The notes beneath the pieces were generated by a model that did not search any database, had not been told where the DNA came from, and worked only from the letters and a program-made list of their open reading frames with translations. The translations under genes were made by a program, and so were the position numbers. From Planctopirus limnophila DSM 3776 (lineage in GTDB: Bacteria > Planctomycetota > Planctomycetia > Planctomycetales > Planctomycetaceae), in NCBI RefSeq assembly GCF_000092105.1, contig NC_014148.1:3060001-3092000 (forward strand): a DNA stretch of 32,000 bases, in the 5' to 3' direction. Shown here one piece after another: positions 14,072-24,000 of this stretch (position 1 is the first letter of the stretch; every line of letters begins with the position of its first letter).

Positions 14072-17000
14072 TTATCGAGTAAAGCCGATGTAGAAGCTGA
14101 AGAGTTGTGTCCGGTCGAATTCTTCCTTCATGATGGGAACAGCCCAGTCGAGAGCAATGGGTGCGGGCCCCATCGCTGGCAGAGTGATTCTCAAGCCACC
14201 ACCAACTGACAGACGGAAGTTATTGAGTGTCACATCTTCGGTGACTGTACCGAAGTCAGTGAATGCCACCAGATGCAGCATTTCGTTGGCGGTGACTGGC
14301 ATTTGATACTCGGCACCACCGAGGAACATCCAGTTACCACCGGTACGAACGCCGGTATTCACGGGGCTGACACCACGGAACCGGAAGCCGCGGAACGATT
14401 GGAAACCACCAGCATAGAAGTTTTCGAAGATCGGTGTATCGCTCCCTGTCCAACCCACATCGGCATGGAGAGAGAGAATATGTTTACCGAAACCATCGGG
14501 ACGGCGATAAGTCGTAAAGTACTGCCAGGCATTTAACTCCAGCTTGGGATAGACAAAATCACCAAAGGCCTGTTCGTAGGACATTTCAATAAAATGTCCT
14601 TCCGAAGGATTAAACGGGGCATCGCGCGTATCATGTGCCAGACCAATGCGGCCTGTCGTCAGGAAATTACTTCCGACCACTTCCGTTAGACTCTCCGGTT
14701 GTGGAAAGACAGGATTATCTACTTGGACATCTTCAATACGAATCGCTCCGGAAACTGACCACTCAGGCGTCAACTGCCGACCAACACGTGGCCGCACACC
14801 TAAGCGTTGTTCCTGCCAGAACTCGAGAAATCGAGTGTAGTAGAAACCACTGACACCGATATTGTAGTCACTATCCATGAAATAGGGATCTGACCAGTCG
14901 ACGGTGTAGCGACTGACCTCACTACCTGGTGCCGCTTCCAAGCGAAATCGCTGACCAGCTCCACGCCAGGCCGTGCCATTGACGATATCTTCAAAGCTGG
15001 TGGGTGGGCGGAAGATATCAAAATTCGATTCACTGAGAACAATGTTACCAATCACACCGGCATCACTGTTCACACCGACGCCGAACATCAGCCGCCCGGT
15101 GCGAGCTTCCTTCAAATACGCATCGATATCAATAAATTCTGGTGGAACCGAGTTATCATAGATATTCTGGTCAAAGCGACGAGGATTGCCGTAGGGATCT
15201 CCCTGGGGGCTGTTATCATATTCATAGTTTTGAGGAGCACGCATGTCACGCGTCTGCCCGCGAACAACGCTGACGTGTGGATCAGAGGCATCGACACTTT
15301 GAGGCTGCTCGACTTTCAACATCGAGCCGGGCATGAAATAGATCCCGTCGGGATCGTCTGCCCCGGAATCTGGCTCGGTCTTTTTCGAGGATGGCTGGCT
15401 ACTGGGAGCTTTTCCGACGGTCCGCGATGGCGTTGGTACTGAAGGTTGAGAAAATCCGCTGCCATTCAGATAGCTGCGTCCTTCCGGTTCCTGCTGCACG
15501 GATGGACTTCCAGCACCTGCCCCATTCGAAGCAGATCGTGATTGGACTCGCCCTGCTGATGAACCAGAAGTCGAACTATTTTGAGTTGGCAGACAATTCG
15601 CTTCTGACAGAAAATCCGGTTTTGGCGAAAGAAACTCTGACTGACCGAGTGCCTTGGAATCGCCACCTTCAGCCAGTTGACTCCGATCCTGCAGCCAGGC
15701 GATCTCGGAGACTCGCGAAATTTCTAGCCGAGGTCCATTCTGAGGCCCACCCTCAAAATATTCAGATCCAGCAAGTTGTCGTTCCGATTTTTTAATCAGT
15801 TTAGGATCGGCGAGATCACCCGGGTGAATTCGCGAGATGTTCCGGGGCAGGTTATGCCTCGTATGAGGGTAATCGCCTTCAATATGCACGCGGAACTCGC
15901 GGACGACGTAGATCTTGTCTTCATTGATACGGATAATCAGATCGAGCTCACCGGGTGTTTCCAGAAACTGTGGGATCGCATCGACCGTCGCAAAGAGTCG
16001 TCCCTGTTCACCATACCGGGAACGAATCTTGTCAACATCTGTCGCAATGTCGCGGGCACTATAAGGATCGCCCGTCTTGAAGTTAATGTACTGACGAATT
16101 TCGGCCTCAGTAAGAACGTTGTTCCCTTCCACGGAAATATTGCGAATCTTGTATCGAGGGCCTTCCTTAATCACATAGACATAGGTAGCACTTGACTTGC
16201 TCTCGTTAAAGTCGACTCGATGAGTAATTTCGACTTCAAAGAAGCCAAGGCTGTGATAGTACTGCCGCAGACTTTCTTTATCATCCGGAATGGTCGATTC
16301 GTCATATTTACCACCGAAGAGCCTGAGAACCCGGGTTTTGGAAACTTTCTTGGTTTTGAGCAGGCTGTCGCTGAAGAACTCATTTCCTTCGAAGCGAATG
16401 GCATCCACACCCACTTTGGGGCCTTCATGAATGCGGAAGACAACCTCTCGTTCGTCGCGGGAATCGCCCTTTTCCAGCGTACAAGTCGCAAACGAATAGC
16501 CTTTGTCTTTGTAGTGAGCTTCAATTCGGCGAGCACATTCACGATTGGCGCTGATATCGTAAGGGCTGCCGGGCTTTAAGTTGGTGAGCCCTTCGAAGAC
16601 GGATGTTTTGATCTTCTGGTTGCCAATATACTGCACATCGCGAACGATCGGCCGCTCCAGGACACGGTAGATGACGACGAGACCTTCGTCGGTTTGTCGA
16701 ACGTAGGGTTCGACGGTGGTGAACCAGCGAGTGCGTACCAGAGCGTCCACATCCTGTTTGATCAGGCGTTCGTTAACAGTGCGATTGGGGCGGACCTTAA
16801 TATGCTTTTCGATTTCTCGCACCTGGATGGTGTCGTTCCCTTCGACACGAACTTCGACAACCTGGGAATTGAAGTCGACTTCGGCCGGGGCCTGCTCTTC
16901 GGCTGAAGTTCGCAAGATTTGCCCAGGTTTTTTCTTCATCGGGTCAAACTTCGGGAAGTTGCCACTGTCGCGATCTTTTTCATCGAGGAGAAGTTCGTCC

Positions 17001-17461
17001 TCGGGATGCATGACCTGTGCCAGCGTTTTTCGCTGGGGAGTTGTACCACCTGCGGGCGTCACCTGTGGTTTCGAGAATCCACCTGGCAGAACTGGTCGAT
17101 CTTCTTCGAGGCGAGCACGGCCTGTTTCCTGGTCGGACTTGGTGCTGCTGACCGTCTTGACGGTGGGTGATGTGGCCTGACCTGGTTCGTCGAGCATCCA
17201 GGGTTCAAGATCATCTCCATTCTGTCCACGAGCAACCGGCGAGCGTGATCCCGAAGTGAAAGCTGCTGGTGGCACGAAAAGCGGTGTCGAGAGTGAATTG
17301 CGGTCAGCTTTGGCGGGTACCGGTGAGCCTGATGGTGCGGACTGGCCATGCACAGCAGTTCCTGCCCAGAAAATCGCCCACAACAGTGTGAACACTGCTG
17401 TAAGGCCTCTGGCCCGGAAAACAGGTGCGATTGGCTGCCGCATCATGCGGTTCGCTTTCAT
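14072..17461 (-). CDS. bamA: outer membrane protein assembly factor BamA (Omp85 family), unusually long
   Basis: The 1129-aa product has a signal peptide (LTAVFTLLWAIFWAGTAVHG). Five POTRA-like units start at VVEVRVEGNDTI, VRDVQYIGNQKI, VDAIRFEGNEFF, IRNISVEGNNVL and VREFRVHIEGD. The C-terminal Omp85 barrel shows GRLMFGVGVNSDAGVIGNIVLSESNFD and YAGGFQSFRGFRFRGVSP. Confidence 0.85.
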   Translation of the reverse strand: MKANRMMRQPIAPVFRARGLTAVFTLLWAIFWAGTAVHGQSAPSGSPVPAKADRNSLSTPLFVPPAAFTSGSRSPVARGQNGDDLEPWMLDEPGQATSPTVKTVSSTKSDQETGRARLEEDRPVLPGGFSKPQVTPAGGTTPQRKTLAQVMHPEDELLLDEKDRDSGNFPKFDPMKKKPGQILRTSAEEQAPAEVDFNSQVVEVRVEGNDTIQVREIEKHIKVRPNRTVNERLIKQDVDALVRTRWFTTVEPYVRQTDEGLVVIYRVLERPIVRDVQYIGNQKIKTSVFEGLTNLKPGSPYDISANRECARRIEAHYKDKGYSFATCTLEKGDSRDEREVVFRIHEGPKVGVDAIRFEGNEFFSDSLLKTKKVSKTRVLRLFGGKYDESTIPDDKESLRQYYHSLGFFEVEITHRVDFNESKSSATYVYVIKEGPRYKIRNISVEGNNVLTEAEIRQYINFKTGDPYSARDIATDVDKIRSRYGEQGRLFATVDAIPQFLETPGELDLIIRINEDKIYVVREFRVHIEGDYPHTRHNLPRNISRIHPGDLADPKLIKKSERQLAGSEYFEGGPQNGPRLEISRVSEIAWLQDRSQLAEGGDSKALGQSEFLSPKPDFLSEANCLPTQNSSTSGSSAGRVQSRSASNGAGAGSPSVQQEPEGRSYLNGSGFSQPSVPTPSRTVGKAPSSQPSSKKTEPDSGADDPDGIYFMPGSMLKVEQPQSVDASDPHVSVVRGQTRDMRAPQNYEYDNSPQGDPYGNPRRFDQNIYDNSVPPEFIDIDAYLKEARTGRLMFGVGVNSDAGVIGNIVLSESNFDIFRPPTSFEDIVNGTAWRGAGQRFRLEAAPGSEVSRYTVDWSDPYFMDSDYNIGVSGFYYTRFLEFWQEQRLGVRPRVGRQLTPEWSVSGAIRIEDVQVDNPVFPQPESLTEVVGSNFLTTGRIGLAHDTRDAPFNPSEGHFIEMSYEQAFGDFVYPKLELNAWQYFTTYRRPDGFGKHILSLHADVGWTGSDTPIFENFYAGGFQSFRGFRFRGVSPVNTGVRTGGNWMFLGGAEYQMPVTANEMLHLVAFTDFGTVTEDVTLNNFRLSVGGGLRITLPAMGPAPIALDWAVPIMKEEFDRTQLFSFYIGFTR

Positions 17462-17583
17462 CCATGAGTCGCGCGACGTGAAATTATTGAGACAGGCATT
17501 GATCGCGGCTGGTGAGGAATAATTGATTCGAGAAATCCGAACAAGGCGAGATCCTCAGCCGAGACATCGATAGTACCGGCAGA

Positions 17584-18981
17584 TTACGCTGCATGATCAT
17601 GGATCACCCCTGCACCCAGATTGCCCAAACCGCCAGCACTTCCTGTTTTCAGAATCTTTGAGTGGGTGGTGATGAGCTCAAGTGTTTTTTCAACAGCTCC
17701 ACTTTGATCAAGAACGAGTTGCTGAGCCGCCTGACCCTGGAGAATTCGCTGCTGAGGGTTCTCCAGCAATTTTCTGACGAAAGTTGCGAGATCGGCACCG
17801 CTGGAAACCACACTTGCTGCCTGGTTGGCCAGGAGTAAGTCCACTGTCTGCTTGAAGTTCTGGGTGTTGGGGCCAAAAAATAGTGCTGCGCCATAACCGG
17901 CCGGCTCAATCATATTTTGCCCGCCGCGATTGGTCAGGCTGCCACCCACAAAAGCCAGATCAGCCAATCCCCAGGCGGCTCCCAATTCCCCAAGTGTATC
18001 CAACAAACGAATGGGAGGGAGCTCATTATGCGGGGAGTTGTGCGGAGTGGGTGATGTTCTCCGCAGTGGCTGACAACCTTTTGCGAGAATCAGTTGAGCC
18101 ACTTCTTCAAAGCGTTCCCGATGCCTGGGGACAATCATCAACTGCAGGCAAGGAAATTCTTTTCTGAGTGATAACCAGGCATCGATTGCCAAGGCTTCTT
18201 CCGGATGTTGTGTGCTGCCCGCAATCCAGACGATATCCTTGGAATGAAAGCCGAAGTGCTCCCGTAAAGCAATCGTTCTGGGATTCTGTCGGCAGGTTTC
18301 AATGCGGTCATATTTGAGATTTCCAGTCACAACAACGCGTGAGGCCGGAACTCCAAGTTTCTCAAATCGTGCGGCATACTCTTTTGTCTGGGCTCCGACG
18401 CAGGAAATCTCTTTCAGCAGCCAGCGGAAAAATCCGACAAAGCGGTGATAGCCCCGAAAGCTCCGTTCGCTTAAACGACCGTTAATCACCATGACAGGGA
18501 CGGCTTGCTGGCGAGCAGCCAGAACCAGATTAGGCCAGATTTCCAGTTCAACGAGAACAATAGCCAGTGGTTGCAGTTGCCTGATCGCCCGGTTGACACT
18601 CCATGAGAAATCGAGCGGGAAGTAACGTACCTCGATCTGTTTCGCCCCCAGATCGCGAATCATTTTCTCGGCGACACCCCGGCCCGTCTGTGTGGTGACA
18701 GTCAGCACAACTGGAACCTGCGGGTAGAAGCGAATCCAATCCGCGATCAATGGTTTGAGGAGGAGAACTTCCCCCACACTGACGGCATGCAGCCAGAGAG
18801 GCCGCCCGTTGTCCGGAGACGCATCCACCCTTTGCGAAAGACGGAGATCGCCCAGAACTTTTTCGCGAAACCCTTCGCGGTACTTTCCATGCACCAGTCG
18901 ATTCCAGAGAATCCACGGGCTGGCGACCAGCAGTAGTGCCAGATAACCGAGATTCAAAGACCGGCTGACCAACCATTCCAT
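17584..18981 (-). CDS. waaA: 3-deoxy-D-manno-octulosonic acid (Kdo) transferase
   Basis: The 465-aa product has an N-terminal membrane anchor, the hallmark LWLHAVSVGEV motif and a GT30 C-terminal domain (FVGGSLTNRGGQNMIEPAGYGAALFFGPNTQNF). Confidence 0.88.
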   Translation of the reverse strand: MEWLVSRSLNLGYLALLLVASPWILWNRLVHGKYREGFREKVLGDLRLSQRVDASPDNGRPLWLHAVSVGEVLLLKPLIADWIRFYPQVPVVLTVTTQTGRGVAEKMIRDLGAKQIEVRYFPLDFSWSVNRAIRQLQPLAIVLVELEIWPNLVLAARQQAVPVMVINGRLSERSFRGYHRFVGFFRWLLKEISCVGAQTKEYAARFEKLGVPASRVVVTGNLKYDRIETCRQNPRTIALREHFGFHSKDIVWIAGSTQHPEEALAIDAWLSLRKEFPCLQLMIVPRHRERFEEVAQLILAKGCQPLRRTSPTPHNSPHNELPPIRLLDTLGELGAAWGLADLAFVGGSLTNRGGQNMIEPAGYGAALFFGPNTQNFKQTVDLLLANQAASVVSSGADLATFVRKLLENPQQRILQGQAAQQLVLDQSGAVEKTLELITTHSKILKTGSAGGLGNLGAGVIHDHAA

Positions 18982-19110
18982 GTCGATTCTCGATTCCGCT
19001 GCATGCTGAACAGGTTTGCCGGCGATACCGCAGTCAAACCGGCGATTGCAATCGAATCGGTCAGAAGCGTCAATCGGAAGTCGCGCGGTTGATTAAAGGG
19101 TAATGTCCAC

Positions 19111-20427
19111 TCAGGTGGATGTGTTTGTGTCGAGCGGATGATTTCCTGCAGTTTCTTTCAGCATTTTGCCCCAACCTGGATGCTGGGTCGAATAAATGCT
19201 CGAACCTCCAGCCACCAGCCAGGCCGAAAAACAGGCTGCGAAGACGTACTCGATCCGATCAGGCCCGAAGAGTTCGATGGCGAGTACACTACTGGCCAGA
19301 GGCGCATTGGTTGCTGCCGAGAACACGGCCACAAACCCGAGAGCGGCAGCGACATCGACAGGTAATAGCCCCGTCTTGACTGCAAGCACATTCCCCAGTG
19401 CGGCCCCAATGAAAAACAAAGGCGTCACTTCGCCCCCTTTGAGGCCGCAGGCCAAGGTGAGAATGGTGAGGAGGAGTTTGCAGAGCCAGCTCCAGTCGTG
19501 AGCACCACCCGCTCGAAAACAACTGCCAATTGTGACCGCATGAGGATTGAGGTTTGTCGTCCCCAATCCCAGATAATCTCTGCCCACCACGAACTCGGCC
19601 ACGAAGACGACGACCAGACTTCCCACGGCAATTCGGCGAATAGGATCAGGTAAAAGTTTGGCATACCAGCGACCGGCCAGATGCAATCCTTCAGAGAACC
19701 CTTTGGCAACCAACCCGGCAACAGCTCCCAGGAGTATGATCAGCCCTACGATTCCCAGACGATGCAGCCAACCTGATGGATTCAGTTCTGCCCAGTCCAC
19801 AGGATAATGCAGATGAGTTCCCCCGACCGTCGTGCAGACAAAATCGGCTCCGCAGGAAGCGAGCAGGCACGGCAGGATCGCAGAGGTCGGCAGCCTTCCG
19901 ACCGAAAGGACTTCCGCAGCAAAGATCGCACCGGCGACTGGTGTTCCAAAAACGCCACCAAAGCCAGCGGCCACCCCCATTAACAGGATCTCGCGATAGT
20001 CTTCACCCAGCCACGGTTTCGTCCAGCGGGCCCAGATGCCTGCCAAACCAGCTCCCATCTGGACGGCAGTTCCTTCGCGACCTGCCGAACCACCACCGAG
20101 ATGCGTGAGAATGGTGGCAAGCACAATCAATGGTGCCATAAACCAGGGTAACCCTTTCATCGGGTGCTGAATTTCCGCGATGACCAGGTTATTTCCCTGC
20201 CCGGCTTCTCGCCCGAAAAACAGGTACAGCCAGGCAGAAATCGCTCCCCAGAATGGCAGCGACCAGAGCCAGTACGGGGAGCTCTGCTGGGTTCTCGTGG
20301 CGAGATCGAGGAGCCAGAGGAAAAGTGCGCTCGCACTCCCGACTGTTACGCTGAGCATGGCACTTGTCAGCAGCCAGCGAAGGAGCAGCAGTGCATGCTC
20401 ATTGATGAAATCACGCCGCTTGTTCAA
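19111..20427 (-). CDS. CLC-family anion channel/antiporter, CLC-F (fluoride/proton antiporter) type
   Basis: The 438-aa polytopic membrane protein has a TTG start at 20427. Motifs are GQGNNLV in place of the canonical GSGIP, GSAGREGTAVQ (gating Glu followed by G-T) and GGEVTPLF in place of GxFxP. From memory these are the CLC-F clade signatures. Confidence 0.75.
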   Translation of the reverse strand: MNKRRDFINEHALLLLRWLLTSAMLSVTVGSASALFLWLLDLATRTQQSSPYWLWSLPFWGAISAWLYLFFGREAGQGNNLVIAEIQHPMKGLPWFMAPLIVLATILTHLGGGSAGREGTAVQMGAGLAGIWARWTKPWLGEDYREILLMGVAAGFGGVFGTPVAGAIFAAEVLSVGRLPTSAILPCLLASCGADFVCTTVGGTHLHYPVDWAELNPSGWLHRLGIVGLIILLGAVAGLVAKGFSEGLHLAGRWYAKLLPDPIRRIAVGSLVVVFVAEFVVGRDYLGLGTTNLNPHAVTIGSCFRAGGAHDWSWLCKLLLTILTLACGLKGGEVTPLFFIGAALGNVLAVKTGLLPVDVAAALGFVAVFSAATNAPLASSVLAIELFGPDRIEYVFAACFSAWLVAGGSSIYSTQHPGWGKMLKETAGNHPLDTNTST

Positions 20428-21017
20428 AGCAAATATCCTGGAAAAACTGCAGATTCAGCCTGGAGCTCCCTGTTCGATGAGACTTATAACAAGCCTGTTT
20501 CTCCACGAAGCGAGCAAGTGGCTGCGTGAAGTTCATGACTGGCGTTCCGTCCGAACCTTTTGAGTAATTCTTAAGGTCTCAAACTGAGTCGAACTGCTGC
20601 TGATACAGGAAAACCAATCGGGAAGACAACCTCGACTGCCAAAAACGCCATGCCTGATTGCGACTGCCAAGCTGGCACTGACTGCTTCCGCATGGAAATA
20701 TTGACATTCTCCACAACCATTTTGAGATGAACAACTTGTGGCGGGTTATCGAGTTTGAACGGCGAGCTGGCACTTAAGTTGCGGATTGTTCATCATGAGC
20801 GAGATTGACCCTCTTTGGCAGAACGCCTAAACTTTTTGCTGTAAGAGTTTACGTTGATTTGACTTGGCAGTCACAATGGTCTCGGGGAAACGATTGAGCT
20901 GGTTGACGAATCTTTCGTGGTTCTTCTGAACTCGAATTGATGAGCGTTAACGAGCAACCCATTACTCCACTGCCAGTTGTGCGTGATGGCAGACTGGCAA
21001 ACACGGATGGATGTCTG

Positions 21018-24000
21018 ATGGAATTGATTGACAAAATTGGTGATGCGACAAATGCGGTCATCAGCGGTGTGGAACGGACTCTCACCCGGTTGTTCGGCTC
21101 ATCGAACGAGCGGCGTGTGCGGCAGATTGGCTTTGTGCGCGATCGCCAGGGGGCCACAACGATCACTCCGGGATCCACGCTGGATCAGATCAATCAGCTT
21201 GAACCCGTCATGGAAAAGCTAACGGATGACGAGCTGAAGCAGACCACTTCCAGGCTCAGAGCCAAATTGAGTGCGGGTCAGACACTCGATGACATACTGC
21301 CGGAAGCCTTCGCTGCGGTACGCGAAGGTGGCAAGCGTTTCATGCGAATGCGTCATTACGACGTGCAGATGGTGGGGGGCTTTATCCTTCACAAAGGCAT
21401 GATTGCCGAAATGATGACGGGGGAAGGTAAGACGCTGGTTGCGACTTTGCCGGCCTTTCTCAATGGGCTGGCGGGAAGTGTGCATGTCATCACGGTGAAC
21501 GACTATCTGGCACTGCGAGATATGGAATGGATGGCCCCTCTCTATACGGGACTAGGCCTGACTGTCGGTGCCATTCAATCCAACATGCGCGAGCCTGAGC
21601 GTCAGAAGGCCTACGCCTGTGATATTACCTATGGCACGAACAACGAGTTTGGCTTCGATTATCTGCGCGATAACATGAAGCCGCGTAAAGACCTGCAGGT
21701 TCAAAAGCGCCGCCAATACGCGATTATCGACGAAATTGATAACATTCTGATCGACGAAGCCAGAACCCCGCTCATTATCTCAGGGCCGGCTCACGACGAT
21801 GTCACGAAGTATCCCAAAGCTCACCGTATCGGTCTGCAGCTCAAGCGGGATATTCACTTTGAAGTCAAAGAAAAAGAACATACCTGCCATCTGACCGATG
21901 AAGGGATTCGCTACGCTGAAGAACTGGCAGGAGTGGAGAGTTTCTATACAGCGGGCAATATGGAATGGCCGCATTTGATTGATAACTCACTGCGGGCGAT
22001 TCATCTCTACAAGCGGGATGTCAACTATATTGTCGAGAATGATGAGATCATCATTATTGATGAACATACTGGCCGTAAGATGGAAGGCCGTCAGTGGAGT
22101 GATGGCCTGCATCAGGCTGTGCAGGCGAAAGAAAACGTTCGTATTAAAGAAGATACACAGACCTTCGCTACGGTGACATTACAAAACTTCTTCAAGCTGT
22201 ATCCTAAGCTGAGCGGTATGACCGGTACCGCCATGACGGAAGCCAACGAGTTCTGGAAGATCTATAAACTCGATGTGGTCGCCGTCCCTACAAACAGACC
22301 GACACAGCGCATTAACTACCCTGATGCGATCTACCGCACCGTTAAAGAGAAATGGGATGCGGTCATCGAAGAAGTGAAGGAAGTTCACGCGACAGGAAGA
22401 CCAGTCCTTGTGGGAACGGTCTCTATCGAGAACTCGGAGCATTTGAGCCGCAAGCTGACACAGCAAGGTGTGAAGCACAACATGCTCAACGCCAAGTATC
22501 ACGAGCGGGAAGCTGAGATTATTGCTCAGGCAGGCCGGTTGGGTGCAGTGACGATTTCGACCAATATGGCCGGTCGTGGTACGGATATTATTCTGGGCGG
22601 TAACCCTGAATACCTGGCTTGGGATGAGCTAAAGAACACTTATGTTTCGCGACTTGATGTCCCGAAATCGGTCTGGAATGAAACAACAAAGCGTATTGCT
22701 GTCCGTGAAGGAATGGACAGCGAAGGAAAAAAAGTTGCCGAGCTGGGTGGCCTGCATGTGGTCGGTACCGAGCGGCATGACAGCCGGCGAATCGACCTGC
22801 AGTTACGCGGTCGTGCGGGTCGGCAAGGCGACCCGGGTTCCAGCCGGTTCTTCCTGTCGCTCGAAGACGACCTGATGCGAAAGTTCGGTGGCGAGTGGGT
22901 GAAGGACTGGCTCACGGCCATGGGGATGCAGGAAGGTGAGCGTATTGAAAGCGGTATGGTCACTTCTCGTATTGAAGCTGCCCAGAAGAAGGTCGAAGAG
23001 CGACACTTCGAATCGCGTAAGCATCTGCTCGAGTATGACGAAGTCATGGATGAGCAGCGCAAACGCGTTTATGGCTATCGGCAATCAATTCTCGATGGGG
23101 CCATTTGCCGCCCACTGATCCTGAATATGATCGACCGGCAGTTGAACCGGTGGACGAAGACCTTCCTGAGTCCGCAGTATCGCTGGGAAACTGCTGCTAA
23201 CTGGGCGGGACAGAAATTTGGTGTTCAGGTTGATGCCAGTGATGTCCGGGATATGGACTACGACCGGATGGTTGATTACCTGCGTGATCAGGCCGAGCGG
23301 CAGGCGGAAGATCAGATCCGCGAGCAGATGGAGGAAAATCTGCCAGCTGATCTGGATGATCGCGAACGCAACTGGTCGGCGATGAGCCGGTGGGTCAACA
23401 ACCACTTCGGCATCAATACCAATGATCGCGAACTGCGTAAAATCGGTATCGATGAGCTGCAGATTTATCTCTACCAGCGGGCGAAAGATGCCATTGGACG
23501 ATATGAGTTTGAACCATTGACTGAATATTTGTCTGAAGACTGGGGACGCCGCTCATTGGCTGGGTGGATCCAGCATCAGTTCGGGCTGGATATTCCGCCA
23601 CAAGAGTTCGAAGGTCTCGAACCACCGGCAGCGGTAGTTCATATTCGCAGCCGGATTCTGGATCATTACACACGTAAAGAGATCACCTTCCCCGTATCGG
23701 TGGGGATGTCGCAATTCCTGGCGGAAACGGGTGGTCAATCGACAGAGCGCTATGATCGCAGTGGTCTGGTCGCGTGGTCGAATGCTCGTTTCCATACACG
23801 CTTTTCACCGGATCAGTTCGATAATCTCTCTCGAGCAAGTATCGAGTCGGCTTTGATTCTGAAGAGTGAGCAGTTTGCGCCACCAGCCGGAATTCTCGAA
23901 GAAATCCAGCAACTGGTGATTCAAACCTGTGGCGAAGTTCCTGAAGATCGTGATCTCGACCCTAATAAGGCGAGTGCGAAAACAACAGCGAAAACGCCCA

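Noticed and set aside
20672-20690. Sigma-54-like TGGCAC box (CTGGCACTGACTGCTTCC) pointing toward secA; similar TGGCA strings at 8481, 8514 and 12855
   Set aside because: The -12 element is wrong. GC falls 2 nt too early and there is no TTGC at the fixed spacing from GG. The other TGGCA sites also lack a correctly spaced TTGC.
20428-20760. Fluoride (crcB-motif) riboswitch upstream of the CLC-F-like gene
   Set aside because: I read the reverse complement by eye and found no match to the conserved segments of the motif. It is kept only as a search suggestion in the findings.
20795-20830. 11-codon upstream ORF (MSEIDPLWQNA) ahead of secA as a SecM-like leader
   Set aside because: It is too short, has no arrest-peptide features, sits ~110-190 nt from the candidate secA starts, and such mini-ORFs are expected by chance.
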